A stretch of DNA of 64,000 nt from Myxococcota bacterium (lineage in GTDB: Bacteria > Myxococcota_A > Polyangia > Nannocystales > Nannocystaceae). Each line of letters starts with the position of its first letter. Position 1 is the stretch's first letter. Position numbers and translations under genes: made by a program. The notes under the pieces are model-generated. The model had not been told where the DNA came from and did no database searches. It saw only the letters and a program-made list of their open reading frames with translations. The stretch lies in contig JBCCHT010000003.1 of assembly GCA_039028615.1 (NCBI GenBank), positions 1 to 64,000 of the forward strand, written 5' to 3'. Positions 54,401-64,000 of the stretch are shown here, piece by piece.

Positions 54401-55966
54401 ATGGCTTCCACTCGGGACGACGATCCAAACGACCTTGGACGACGGCGTACGCTCGCCGGCATGGGAGCCGTGCTCGGCACGGTGGTCGCGGGCTGTGGCG
54501 ACGACGGGGGCTCGGGTGACGGCGGGAGCACGGGCGGCGGCTCGGGTACGACGGGAGGCGGAGCCGAGACCGATCTGCCGGGGGGGACCGCGGCCGATTC
54601 CACGGGCGGCGGCTCGAGCTCCGAGGGTGATGGGTCCTCCGACGGCAGCACGGGTGATCCGGGGATCGAGGCGTGCGCCGATCCGGGCGACCTGAGCCCG
54701 CAGGAGCTGCTCGCCGAGGTCGACACCATCGTCGTGGTGATGATGGAAAACCGCTCCTTCGATCACTACTTCGGCTCGGCCACCTTCCTCGAGGACTACG
54801 GGGTCGACGGGCTCACGGGCAAGGAGTCCAACCCGCGGCTCGATGGGACGCCCGTGCCCGTGTCTCTGCTCGAGAACTTGCAGCCCGCCGATCCGCCGCA
54901 CGGCTGGATGTCGTGCCACGACCAGTGGAACGGGGGAGCGAACGACGGCTTCGTGCGCGAGCACGAGGTGGTGCACCCCGGGTCGGTCGAAGAGGTCATG
55001 GGCTACCACGTGCGCTCGCAGCTGCCGGTCATCTATGCATTGGCCGACAACTACGTGCTGTGCGACCACTGGTATTCGTCGGTGCTGGGACCCACCTGGC
55101 CCAACCGCTTCTATCTCAACTGCGCCACCTCGGGCGGCATGCAGGGCAACAGCGAGGTGCCTGGGCTGACCACCATCTTCGACGTGCTCGAGTCCGAGGG
55201 GGTCTCCGCGGCCAACTACTACTCCGACTTGCCGTGGCTGTGGGGCGGGCTCGCCGACGTGCAGCTGCCCTACATCGATACCCTGGATGCATTTTTCGAC
55301 GCGGCGGAAAAGGGCAGCTTGCCCTCGTTCAGCATCGTGGAGCCGAACTATGGGGTCATCCCCGGCTCCGAAGGGGGCAACGACGACCATCCCTCGCACG
55401 ACATCACGCTGGGGCAGGTCTTCTTGGGCAGCGTGTACCAGGCCTTGGCTCAGAGCCCGCAGTGGGATCGGTGCCTGCTCATCATCACCTACGATGAGCA
55501 CGGCGGCTTCTACGATCACGTGCCGCCGCCCACCGCGACCGACGAGCTGCCCGATTTCCAGCAGCTCGGCATCCGGGTGCCTTCGCTGGTCATCGGTCCG
55601 CACGTTCGCCAGGGCTGCGTCGACGGGACCACGCTCGATCACGTCTCGCCCATCGCCACCGTGACCCGCCGCTTCGACCTGCCTTCGCTCAACGACCGTG
55701 TCGACGACACCAACGACGTCTCGGGGGCGATCGACCCGGACCTGCTCGGCAACCCACGGCCGCCCGCACCGATCCCCATGCTCACCGTGTCCGTCGAGGA
55801 GGTGCTGAGCAAGCGCGGCACGGGCCAGGAGGAGCTGGCCGAGCTCGTGCTGCGGGGGGAGATCCCGCTTCCGGTTGATCGTCGGCATGTGGGCGCGTCG
55901 CGTCAGATCGCGCTGCGCATGCTCGAGCGGGCGCAGAAGCTCGGCGTGGCCAAGCTCGTGCCCTGA
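54401..55966 (+). CDS. Phosphoesterase (PLC/AcpA family), Tat lipoprotein; paralog of 34004
   Basis: GRRRTLAG, VAG-C, MENRSFDHYFG, DPPH, TWPNR, DDHP, TYDEHGGFYDHV. Confidence 0.9.
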   Translation: MASTRDDDPNDLGRRRTLAGMGAVLGTVVAGCGDDGGSGDGGSTGGGSGTTGGGAETDLPGGTAADSTGGGSSSEGDGSSDGSTGDPGIEACADPGDLSPQELLAEVDTIVVVMMENRSFDHYFGSATFLEDYGVDGLTGKESNPRLDGTPVPVSLLENLQPADPPHGWMSCHDQWNGGANDGFVREHEVVHPGSVEEVMGYHVRSQLPVIYALADNYVLCDHWYSSVLGPTWPNRFYLNCATSGGMQGNSEVPGLTTIFDVLESEGVSAANYYSDLPWLWGGLADVQLPYIDTLDAFFDAAEKGSLPSFSIVEPNYGVIPGSEGGNDDHPSHDITLGQVFLGSVYQALAQSPQWDRCLLIITYDEHGGFYDHVPPPTATDELPDFQQLGIRVPSLVIGPHVRQGCVDGTTLDHVSPIATVTRRFDLPSLNDRVDDTNDVSGAIDPDLLGNPRPPAPIPMLTVSVEEVLSKRGTGQEELAELVLRGEIPLPVDRRHVGASRQIALRMLERAQKLGVAKLVP

Positions 55967-55995
55967 CCTGGCCCCTGGCTGCGTCGAGACCAGCC

Positions 55996-56847
55996 CTAGG
56001 TCGGCTCGGGGCATTCCCAGTCGAAGTTCGTACAGGTCCCCGTCGTGAAGGGCGGCGTCCAGTCCTCGGGCGGGGGCGAGCCCGCGGTGAAGGTGGGCAG
56101 GCCGACGAGGCAATCGCTCAGGCTCTGTACGGTCGGCGTGTCGAGGCAGGCGTCGAAGAACGCGGTGTCCTGCAGCTCGAGCGTCCCCGAGTGGCCGAAG
56201 TAGCCCGAGGCAGGGCAGCCCTTGCACGTATCCTGGAACTGCATGCGCACCGTGCCGTCACCGTCGGTGAACAGCTCGACATAGACGAGGCCGGTGTCTC
56301 CCATCTCGCCGAACATCAGCTCGTAGCGGCCCGGTACGCCGTCGCGGAGCGATTGCAGCAGGCAGGCGGCGGCGTCCTCGTCTTCGAAGGACTCGATCAT
56401 GTCCCAGCCCATGCCCCACACCCGCGAGCAGGGCATGGGCAGGTCGTTGCAGACCAAGCGCGGGCGAACGCATCCGGTGCCGATGGCGAAGCAGGTGGGA
56501 TCGCTGACCTCCCCGCCTTTGCAGTCGCAGGAGAACTCCCACTGCCGCAGGCAGCTGTCGAGCGGGCACTCGACGGCGGCATCGGGGTCGCAGTCGCTGG
56601 GGCCCGCCGTGGTCCCGTCGGTAGAGGTGGTGCCGTCGGCGGCGGTGGTCTCCGTTGCGGTGCCGTCGTCGGCCGAGCCCGGTCCGGTTTCGGAGGCGGA
56701 GTCGCTCGGGGCGGCGGTCGCTTCGGCAGAGGGTTCGGTCGTGTCACCGCTGCCACTGCCGGAGCCGGTGGGTTGAATGCTCGTGTCCGTGCATGCGGCG
56801 AGGACCAAGCCGCACGCGATCCAGAGTGCACTACGATAAGCCAACAT
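55996..56847 (-). CDS. Hypothetical Cys-rich lipoprotein
   Basis: Lipobox LAA-C, S/T/G linker, many Cys; alternative GTG at 56853. Confidence 0.75.
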   Translation of the reverse strand: MLAYRSALWIACGLVLAACTDTSIQPTGSGSGSGDTTEPSAEATAAPSDSASETGPGSADDGTATETTAADGTTSTDGTTAGPSDCDPDAAVECPLDSCLRQWEFSCDCKGGEVSDPTCFAIGTGCVRPRLVCNDLPMPCSRVWGMGWDMIESFEDEDAAACLLQSLRDGVPGRYELMFGEMGDTGLVYVELFTDGDGTVRMQFQDTCKGCPASGYFGHSGTLELQDTAFFDACLDTPTVQSLSDCLVGLPTFTAGSPPPEDWTPPFTTGTCTNFDWECPEPT

Positions 56848-56918
56848 GATCACAGGGTAGAGGAATCACCGCACGGCCGCCATCGCCGACGCTGGTGATC
56901 GGAGATGAGCCCGCGGCC

Positions 56919-59474
56919 CTATTCGGTCGAGGCGGGGGCCCAGCCGGAGGCCGGAGCCACGAGCGGGAGCAGGTACTGCAGGTTGGCTCGGCGATCGAGC
57001 GCTGCATCGTCGCGTCGCGCTCGCTCGGTGATCGCTTGGTCCTCGGAGTGCGGTCGCACGCGATCCCACGCCTCGCGGTGTTCCTTCGACCCGTCTTCGT
57101 TGCCGCGCTCGGCTTCGATGCGGGTCAGCAGTGCGTGCGCGGCGAGGTTCTCCGGGTCGATGGTCAGCACGCGCTCGAGCAGCTCGGCCGCCGGCTCTTC
57201 GCGCTCGAGCTTGAACAGCGCATCGGCCTTCATCACGAGCAGCTGCCGGTCGCGGGGGAAGCCGGCGAGGGCCACGTCGAGCGCGGTGATGGAGGCCTCG
57301 TGGTTGCCCTGCGCGCTGCGAATGCGGGCGAGTAGCCAGGCGGCGGTGGCGTGCCCGGGGCTGCGCGAGTCGGCCTCGCGGACCAGCTCCTCGGCGCGGA
57401 TGAGCGCGCCGTCGGCCAGCGCAGCGCGAGCCTGGTCGAGCCACGGGCCAGGGTCGTCGGGCATGCGCTCGGCGGCCGCGATCGCGGCCTGCTCGGCCAG
57501 CGCGGTGTCGCCCCGCAGCAGGTGCCCGATGCCCAGGTTGCGCAGGCGCGAGCCGGTCTCGGCCGCGGGCGGGGTGGGCGTGAACTCTCCCGGCTGCAAC
57601 TGGATGGAGGTGGCGGCGATCTCGGTGACGGGGATGGCCGCCGCATCGGCACCGAGCGCGAACTCGACGTAGTCTCGCGGGAACTTGCGGTCGAGCACCC
57701 GCAGCTCGAGCCGGGTGGCGGTGGCGGGCGCGTCGAAGGCCACCCGCACGATGTCGGAGGCGCCCAGCATGATCCGGCGCGCGGTGAGCACGACGTGGGC
57801 ATCTTCGACGTCGTGCACCAACAGCGGCTTGCCTTTGCCATCGAGCAGCACCGCGTTCCAACGGTGCGACTGCGGGTCGAGCCGACCGCTGGGGTCGAGC
57901 CAGCCGCTGGCGAGCACGGCCTTGCCCTGCTCGTCGCGCAAGGTCAGCTCGAGCCACGATTGGCGCAGGTCGGCGATGCCTCCGGGGTACAGGTGCCCGG
58001 AGCCCTGGTTGCGGACCACGACGTCGACGGTGACGGGGTTGCCCGCGGGGACGGTGACTATCTCGGGCGGGGCGAGCTGGCGCTGCATGCCCGCCTCGGT
58101 CTTGACCTCGATCGCCCCCACGTCGATCGACAGCACGTCGCGGATGAACTCGCGGTTGCGGGCGACCCACTGCGCGTCGTCCAGCGCATGGGGCAGGGCG
58201 GTGTTGGCCCCCAAGAAGGCGTGGTCGGAGACGGTGCCGTCGCGCGCGGCCGGGTCGTCGGCGGCGATGCGCGGCATGTGGCAGTCCTGGCAGCGACGCT
58301 GCTTCTTGCCCGGGGCGTAGAAGGTGCGCGCCGAGTATCCGCCTGCGCCGCTGTCGTGCCAGGGATCGTATTCGTTCTGGCCGCGGAGCCACCGATGCCC
58401 GTTGAGCTCGGGCGGGATGTGGGCCTTGTGGCACGGCATGCACATCTGCGGCGTGCGCAGGTGCTCCTTGGAGAAGCTGGCGATGTGCTGCTCGGGCTTG
58501 CTGCGGATCAGCCGGTTGCTGCGCTCGCGCTCGTCGGGATCGGGGGAGTCGTAGCCGGGGTAGTGCTCGGGGGCGGCGAGCACGTAGCTGCCGTTGCCGA
58601 CGAGGCTCGGAGGCTCGGTGATCGCATGGCAGACGAGGCAGGTGATGCCCGCATCGGCGCCGGGATCCTCGGGCTTGGGGTGGGCGTCCATGCGCCCGGT
58701 GAGCAGCAGCAGCGGGTCGTGGCAGCCGCCGCAGAACTTGAGCTGATCGGCGTCTCGGTGCTCTTGCGCCACGGCCAAGGTCGCGGCGTAGAAGGGATCG
58801 TTGAGCGACCCGAAGTGATGCGTGGAGCGCTCCCATCGCTCGGCGATGGCGGGGTGGCACTGGGCGCAGTAGTCCGGGTTGGCGAGGTCCTCGGGGCCGA
58901 GCACGTGTCCGTCGGCGGTCTTGGCCTGCGACAGTCCGGGGTTGAACGCGGCGCGGGGAGGACCGGAGGGCTCGGTGGTGCGCGGCCACCATTGCTGCCC
59001 CGCCCAGATGCCCCCCGCGAGGACGACGGCTGCGCCCGCGGCCAACCGCTCGGCTCGCAGGGCGGGCGTGGAGAAGGCCCGCAGGCGGTGCAGCACGTAG
59101 GTGACCAGAGCCACCCCGAAGGCGGCTTCGTGCAGGACCACCAGCCACTGCAGCGCGCTGCTCTTGCCCACGACCCACAGCCCGAGGCCGGCCAGCGACC
59201 CCACGGTGGCCACGGTGGCCACCAGCACGCCGACTCGACGGGCGCCGCCGTTGCGGTGCCGACGATGCAGCACGACGTGGCTGCCCACGAAGATGGGCAG
59301 GGCCACCAGCAAGCCGCCGCCGAGGATCAGGTGCAGCCGCTGCATCAGCGGCACCAACCCCTGCGGCGTGAGGGCGGTGACGAGGAAGGCGCTATTGGCC
59401 AGCAGGCAGACGGTGGCGATCGCCAGCAGGATCCCGGCGATTCGTTGCCACCGCCGGATGCTGGCTCGCTTCAT
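56919..59474 (-). CDS. Membrane-anchored pentaheme c-type cytochrome with C-terminal TPRs
   Basis: About five N-terminal TM helices with His; CAQCH, CGGCH, CLVCH, CMPCH, CQDCH; Ala-rich TPR-like C-terminus; ATGA overlap. Confidence 0.85.
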   Translation of the reverse strand: MKRASIRRWQRIAGILLAIATVCLLANSAFLVTALTPQGLVPLMQRLHLILGGGLLVALPIFVGSHVVLHRRHRNGGARRVGVLVATVATVGSLAGLGLWVVGKSSALQWLVVLHEAAFGVALVTYVLHRLRAFSTPALRAERLAAGAAVVLAGGIWAGQQWWPRTTEPSGPPRAAFNPGLSQAKTADGHVLGPEDLANPDYCAQCHPAIAERWERSTHHFGSLNDPFYAATLAVAQEHRDADQLKFCGGCHDPLLLLTGRMDAHPKPEDPGADAGITCLVCHAITEPPSLVGNGSYVLAAPEHYPGYDSPDPDERERSNRLIRSKPEQHIASFSKEHLRTPQMCMPCHKAHIPPELNGHRWLRGQNEYDPWHDSGAGGYSARTFYAPGKKQRRCQDCHMPRIAADDPAARDGTVSDHAFLGANTALPHALDDAQWVARNREFIRDVLSIDVGAIEVKTEAGMQRQLAPPEIVTVPAGNPVTVDVVVRNQGSGHLYPGGIADLRQSWLELTLRDEQGKAVLASGWLDPSGRLDPQSHRWNAVLLDGKGKPLLVHDVEDAHVVLTARRIMLGASDIVRVAFDAPATATRLELRVLDRKFPRDYVEFALGADAAAIPVTEIAATSIQLQPGEFTPTPPAAETGSRLRNLGIGHLLRGDTALAEQAAIAAAERMPDDPGPWLDQARAALADGALIRAEELVREADSRSPGHATAAWLLARIRSAQGNHEASITALDVALAGFPRDRQLLVMKADALFKLEREEPAAELLERVLTIDPENLAAHALLTRIEAERGNEDGSKEHREAWDRVRPHSEDQAITERARRDDAALDRRANLQYLLPLVAPASGWAPASTE

Positions 59475-61288
59475 GGGGCGATGACCTCGGCCCCCGGCAC
59501 ATAGGGCACGGGGTCCTGCCCCTGGACGACACGCAGGTGGGTGTCGACGCCCGACGGGGTGAGGGTCTGGGTCTGTCCGCCCGGCCAGTGGATGACGAGC
59601 TCGTCGATGGCGGTGGCGGAGCCGAGGCCGAGGTGGATCCGGCGATCGCTGACCGACAGGTACGACGACGCGCCCCGGACCTCGCGACGCAGGGTCTGGT
59701 CGCCGACCTTGGCCACGACGATCGCCCCGATGGCGCTGCGGTTGGCAGAGCTGCCCTCGAGCCACAGCGACAGCCAGTGCCCGCGCGAGGGGCTGGTGTT
59801 GCGGGCGACGTGCAGGGCGCCGTCGTTGTTGGCCACGACGTAGTCGAGCCCGCCGTCGGAGTCGAGGTCACCCACCGCGAGCCCGCGGCCCACGCCCGGC
59901 TTCTGCAGGGCGGAGCCCGCCGTGGCGCTGATGTCGACGAACTTGCCGTCGCCCACGCGCTCGTAGAGCGAGTCCAGCTGGGCGAACTCGACCTGCTCGC
60001 GGTAGGTCGCGATGTTGTCGGTGACGTGGCCGTTGGCGGTGATCAGGTCCTCGTCGCCGTCGTTGTCGGCGTCGAGCCACTCGATGCCGAACGACAGGCG
60101 GGCCCGCGCGCTGGCCCCGATGCCGGCCGCGTCGGAGCGCTCGCGATAGTTGCCGCCGTCGCGCCGCGAATAGAGGCTGGTGGGCTCCGCCTGGAAGTTG
60201 GTGACCGCGAGGTCCCAGCGCCCGTCGGCATCGGAGTCACCGACCGCGACGCCCATGGAGGCCTCTTCGCGGCCGAGCTCGGAGTACGCGACCCCGGCCA
60301 CCACGCCCGCCTCCTCGAAGCGGCCCTTGCCGTCGTTGAGCAGCAGCAGGTTCCGCGAGATGTCGTCGGCGACGTAGACGTCGGTGTCGCCGTCGTCGTC
60401 GAGGTCACCCGTGGCCACGGCCAGGCCCTTGGCGGCATGCGCCGCGACGCCCGACTCGACCGACACGTCGACGAAGCGGCCGCCGTCGTTACGCAGCAGT
60501 CGGTCGCTCTGCGGCTCGTACATGCCCGGCGTGCAGTAGATGTGGATGGTGCGGAACCAGCACTTGATTGCGGTCTCGAGCTCGTACTCGACGTAGCGCA
60601 CCACGTACAGGTCGAGGTCGCCGTCGGAGTCCATGTCGAGCATGGCCGCACTGGTGGACCACCCCTGCGGATCGACGCCCCACGCTTCGGTCACGTCGGT
60701 GAAGCCCTTGCCCGCGTCGTTGTGCAGCAGCTGGTCCTTGCCCGCGTAGGTGGTGAGGTACAGGTCGGTCCACCCGTCGCCATCGATGTCGCCCGCGGCC
60801 ACGCCGAGGCCATAGCCGTGGGCGCTGAGGCCATACTCCTGGGTCGCGTCTCGGAAGCCGCCCTTGCCGTCGCCGAGCAGCAGCCGCGGGCCGGCCTCGG
60901 CCGACTGATCGGCACTGACGAGGCTGCCCGAGTCGGTGGTGAAGATGTCCAGGGCCCCGTTGCGATCGACGTCGACGAGGGCCACGCCCGCACCCGTGAT
61001 CTCCGGGATCCACTTGTCGGCGTGGCGTCCCGCGTGGTGACGGACGTCGATGCCCCACGTGCTCGCGGTGTCGGTGAACTGGATCGAGCCGCTGGCCTCG
61101 GCGGGCGCGTCGGGCTTTTGGGTGGCGGGCCCAGGCGCGGCCGCCTTGCCCTCGGCGGGGGGCTCGAAGAGCGAGGCCTTGGCGGGCGGCTTCTTGGGGG
61201 CCTCCGCCCCGCCGTCGCACGCCACCATCGAGCCGGCCATCCAAAGGGCCAGGCGCGAGAGCTTCGGGAGCATCGAGGAATCGTTCAT
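59471..61288 (-). CDS. CRTAC1/ASPIC-UnbV family FG-GAP repeat lipoprotein
   Basis: Repeated DxDxDGxxDL motifs; RGLAVGDLDSDG; C-terminal NRSAIGA...SSYLS...HLGLG...IHWPGG; ATGA overlap. Confidence 0.92.
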   Translation of the reverse strand: MNDSSMLPKLSRLALWMAGSMVACDGGAEAPKKPPAKASLFEPPAEGKAAAPGPATQKPDAPAEASGSIQFTDTASTWGIDVRHHAGRHADKWIPEITGAGVALVDVDRNGALDIFTTDSGSLVSADQSAEAGPRLLLGDGKGGFRDATQEYGLSAHGYGLGVAAGDIDGDGWTDLYLTTYAGKDQLLHNDAGKGFTDVTEAWGVDPQGWSTSAAMLDMDSDGDLDLYVVRYVEYELETAIKCWFRTIHIYCTPGMYEPQSDRLLRNDGGRFVDVSVESGVAAHAAKGLAVATGDLDDDGDTDVYVADDISRNLLLLNDGKGRFEEAGVVAGVAYSELGREEASMGVAVGDSDADGRWDLAVTNFQAEPTSLYSRRDGGNYRERSDAAGIGASARARLSFGIEWLDADNDGDEDLITANGHVTDNIATYREQVEFAQLDSLYERVGDGKFVDISATAGSALQKPGVGRGLAVGDLDSDGGLDYVVANNDGALHVARNTSPSRGHWLSLWLEGSSANRSAIGAIVVAKVGDQTLRREVRGASSYLSVSDRRIHLGLGSATAIDELVIHWPGGQTQTLTPSGVDTHLRVVQGQDPVPYVPGAEVIAP

Positions 61289-62340
61289 GGGGAGCCTCCG
61301 GCGGCGAGGGCCTGGAGCTGGAGCTTGGCCTCGGCCGCGTCCGCGCTGCGTCCGGCCTGGGTGTAGATCTTCACGCGAAGCCCGAGCAGCTGCGCCTTGA
61401 GCTTGGTGGGCGCGTGCGGCAGCAGCTCGTCGATGAGGCCGTCGGCCTCGTCGGTGCGACCGGCCGCCATGGCTTGCTTGAGCGCGCTGCTCTTGGCGGC
61501 GAGTCGGAGCTGTTGGCGCTCCTTTTCCGCCGTCTTGGCGTTGGCCGCCCGAGCGGCCTCGGACGTCTTGGTCGAGTCTTCGGTGCGTCCCGCGGCCGCG
61601 TAGGCGCGGGCCAGGGCGCCCAAGAGCCCGGGATGCTCCGGCGCCGCCGCGCGTCCGGCCTCGAGCTCGGTGATGGCCGCATCGATGTTGCCCGCGTGCA
61701 GCTGGGACAGCCCGATGAGCAGCGGGGCATCGGTCACGTTGCCCTTGCCGACCTTGGTGCGCGCGCCTTGGAGCCACGGTAGCGCTTCGTCGGTCCGCCC
61801 CGCGTGGAACAGGGCGAAGCCGGCCAGCCACGCCGCCTTGCTGTCGGCCCCGGCCTCGTTGGCCAGCGGCAGCAGCACCTCGATGGCCTCGTCGTAGCGC
61901 GTGGCTCGGAGCCAGGTGGCCCCCTGCTTGAGCCGTTGTTCCTGCGAGGGATTGTCGGGCAGCAGCTCGGCGTGCAGCTCGGCGGTGGCGACCGGCTCGT
62001 CGCAGGCCTTGAAGGCGAGCATCAGCGCTTGGCCGAGCAGCGGCGGCACCCCGTGCGTCTCGCGGAGCTGGCGGAGCTCGGCGAGCGCCTGGACGTTGCA
62101 GGTGCTGCCGCTCTTGAACGCCCCGGCGAGCGCCTTGACCCGAGCTTGCGCCTCGGCGGACAGCGGGGTGGGCGTGGGGCGAGTCGGCGAGGCCGCCGCG
62201 GTGCCCGGATCCTTCGCGGGGGCGGCAGCAGCGGCAGGGGCGGCTGCCTTGGCGGGCGCGGGCGGAGGCGTCCGCTGCGGAGGGTCGTTCGAGCAGGCGG
62301 CGAGCGACGCCGCGACAACGATGAGGCCGAAGCTCCGCAC
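61285..62340 (-). CDS. TPR-repeat lipoprotein
   Basis: Lipobox LAA-C, Pro/Ala linker, TPR-like helices (AWLAGFALFHAGRTDEA, LGALARAYAAAGR). Confidence 0.82.
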   Translation of the reverse strand: MRSFGLIVVAASLAACSNDPPQRTPPPAPAKAAAPAAAAAPAKDPGTAAASPTRPTPTPLSAEAQARVKALAGAFKSGSTCNVQALAELRQLRETHGVPPLLGQALMLAFKACDEPVATAELHAELLPDNPSQEQRLKQGATWLRATRYDEAIEVLLPLANEAGADSKAAWLAGFALFHAGRTDEALPWLQGARTKVGKGNVTDAPLLIGLSQLHAGNIDAAITELEAGRAAAPEHPGLLGALARAYAAAGRTEDSTKTSEAARAANAKTAEKERQQLRLAAKSSALKQAMAAGRTDEADGLIDELLPHAPTKLKAQLLGLRVKIYTQAGRSADAAEAKLQLQALAAGGSP

Positions 62341-62420
62341 GGTGCGGGGAGTCTACACGGATTTAGCGCGTTCTCCGACCAGCGCGCACAGGGCCACAGA
62401 ACGTCCGTACAATCGCAATC

Positions 62421-64000
62421 GTGTCGTCACTCGCCATCGGGCAGCGCTGGTCGCTGGCCCTCGCACTGCTCACGGTGGCCTGCGGTCCACCCGACATCAC
62501 GGTGCTCGAGGACCGCTGCGCTGCGGCGATCTGGGGGCAGCCGCGACGCCCCGGTGAACGCCTGACGGTGGTGGGAAGCTGGGATGGCTGGGCCACGCCC
62601 GTATCCATGCGCGACTTCGAGGCGTCGCCGTGGCAAGTCGCCGAAATGTCGCTGCCGCCCGGGGTCTACGAGTACCTGGTGGTCGAGGAGGGCGCGAGCC
62701 GGATCGACGAGCACAACGCGCTGACCAACTTTCGTGCGAGCGATGGCCTGGAGGTCTCCCGGCTCGACGTCGCCAGCTGTGCGGTCCCGCAGGTGCAGGT
62801 GCTCGCCGTCCACGAGGGCTCGCCCGACGGCTTCGAGGTCGAGCTCGGCTACGTGCCCGCGCGCGATGGCGCCGCGCTGGATCTCGAGCGTACCTACGCC
62901 GAGCTCGAGGACGGCACGGCGCTGACGGTCGAGCAGTACGACGAAGACGCGCAGACCTTTCGGGTGCGAGCGTCGGGCCAGGCGCGCGGCAAGCATCGAG
63001 TGCGGGTGCACGCCGCCGACGGCAAGGAGCGTCCCGCCGTACCCGTGACCGCGGTCGGCTGGGTCGATCCGGTCGCGCCGCAGTGGTCCGACGGCATCGT
63101 CTACCAGATCATGATCGATCGGTTTCGGGGGGATGGCGGGGTCCAGCTGGAGCCGCCGCCCGACCCGGGCGCACGAGCGGGAGGTACCCTTGACGGGGTG
63201 CTCAGCGAGCTGCGAGCGGGCACCTTCGAGGCGCTCGGCGTCTCGGCGCTGTGGCTGTCACCCGTGTACAAAAACCCGGTCGAGGCTCGGGAGGGGCGCG
63301 ACGACGATCACCTCTACGAGGGCTATCACGGCTACTGGCCCCTCGACACGCGCGCCGTGGACGAGCGGATCGGCGGCGAAGATGCTCTGGATGCCCTGGT
63401 GGCCGAGGCGCATGCCCGCGGCATTCGGGTCTTGCTCGATCTGGTGCCCAACCATCTGTACGAAGACAACCCGCGGGTCGCGGCCCACCGCGGTGAAGGG
63501 TGGTTTCACGAGCACGAGCCGGAGTGCGTCTGCGGCACGCCCAGCTGCCCGTGGGGCGAGTTCATTCAGGTCTGTTGGTTCACCGACTACCTGCCCGACC
63601 TGCGCTTCCAGAACCCCGACGTCATGGAGCTCGCGGTCGAGGACGCGCTGTGGTGGCACGACCGCTTCGACACCGACGGCTTCCGCATCGACGCCGTGCC
63701 CATGATGCCGCGCGCCGTCTCGCGACGGATCGTGCACGCCATGCGCGACTCCACCGGTCCTCGCTCGGCCGCGTTCTCCATGGGCGAGATCTTCACCGGG
63801 CCGGGGGCGGGCGGCACCGAGATCATCCGCTATCACCTCGGCCCCGACGGGCTCGACAGCGCCTTCGACTTTCCCTTGATGTGGGTCATTCGCGACGTGC
63901 TCGCCCACCGCACCGCCGACATGTCCGCGCTCGAGTCCAGCCTGAGCAATACCGAGCAGGCCCTGGCCGGCTCGGGAGCGGTCTTGGGCACGATGATCGG
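62421..64000 (+). CDS. GH13 alpha-amylase family lipoprotein with N-terminal CBM48-like domain (runs off the window end)
   Basis: Translated by eye from GTG at 62421: lipobox TVA-C, VVGSWDGW, VYQIMIDRF, LWLSPV, YHGYWP, DLVPNH, DGFRIDAV, GEIF; absent from the ORF track because there is no stop in the window. Confidence 0.88.
   Translation, partial: MSSLAIGQRWSLALALLTVACGPPDITVLEDRCAAAIWGQPRRPGERLTVVGSWDGWATPVSMRDFEASPWQVAEMSLPPGVYEYLVVEEGASRIDEHNALTNFRASDGLEVSRLDVASCAVPQVQVLAVHEGSPDGFEVELGYVPARDGAALDLERTYAELEDGTALTVEQYDEDAQTFRVRASGQARGKHRVRVHAADGKERPAVPVTAVGWVDPVAPQWSDGIVYQIMIDRFRGDGGVQLEPPPDPGARAGGTLDGVLSELRAGTFEALGVSALWLSPVYKNPVEAREGRDDDHLYEGYHGYWPLDTRAVDERIGGEDALDALVAEAHARGIRVLLDLVPNHLYEDNPRVAAHRGEGWFHEHEPECVCGTPSCPWGEFIQVCWFTDYLPDLRFQNPDVMELAVEDALWWHDRFDTDGFRIDAVPMMPRAVSRRIVHAMRDSTGPRSAAFSMGEIFTGPGAGGTEIIRYHLGPDGLDSAFDFPLMWVIRDVLAHRTADMSALESSLSNTEQALAGSGAVLGTMI

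Noticed and set aside
56919..61831. Long N-terminal extensions in the ORF track (59765, 61831; also 49580, 21238, 27475, 54191, 6380)
   Set aside because: They overlap upstream genes; internal ATGs with signal peptides or ATGA coupling give better starts

Overview
GC-rich bacterial DNA, most likely a myxobacterium of the Nannocystaceae type. That placement is inferred from the many lipoproteins with S/T/G/D-rich linkers, the Cys-rich repeat lipoproteins, a TIGR02270-like/DUF6484-like pair and a PilA-like domain. About 49 protein-coding genes are supportable. I found no rRNA, tRNA, CRISPR array, transposase or integrase. Recognisable modules: an MBOAT + SGNH O-acetylation pair; a maltodextrin block (LamB-like porin, GH13 lipoprotein, MalK-like ATPase, plus a second GH13 at the right edge); an ACP-FAAL-acyltransferase fusion; an M23 peptidase; two paralogous Tat phosphoesterases; a Tat-exported xanthine-dehydrogenase-family molybdoenzyme with a clear sigma70 promoter under tandem operators; and a TPR / ASPIC-UnbV / membrane-anchored pentaheme cytochrome operon. 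The best candidate for an undescribed system is 35.6-45.1 kb. There a hydroxylysine-kinase/phospho-lyase-type fusion heads a run with a UDP-sugar pyrophosphorylase and galK (no galT), divergent from a lipoprotein beta-galactosidase and a Na+/sugar symporter. This fits catabolism of a galactosylated amino alcohol such as collagen-derived galactosyl-hydroxylysine, but it is a hypothesis. The second candidate is a Pro-rich lipoprotein with five [IVT]N[PV]GP repeats directly upstream of a ferritin-like diiron protein, a RiPP-like layout. All family assignments come from motif recognition by eye; no database searches were run.
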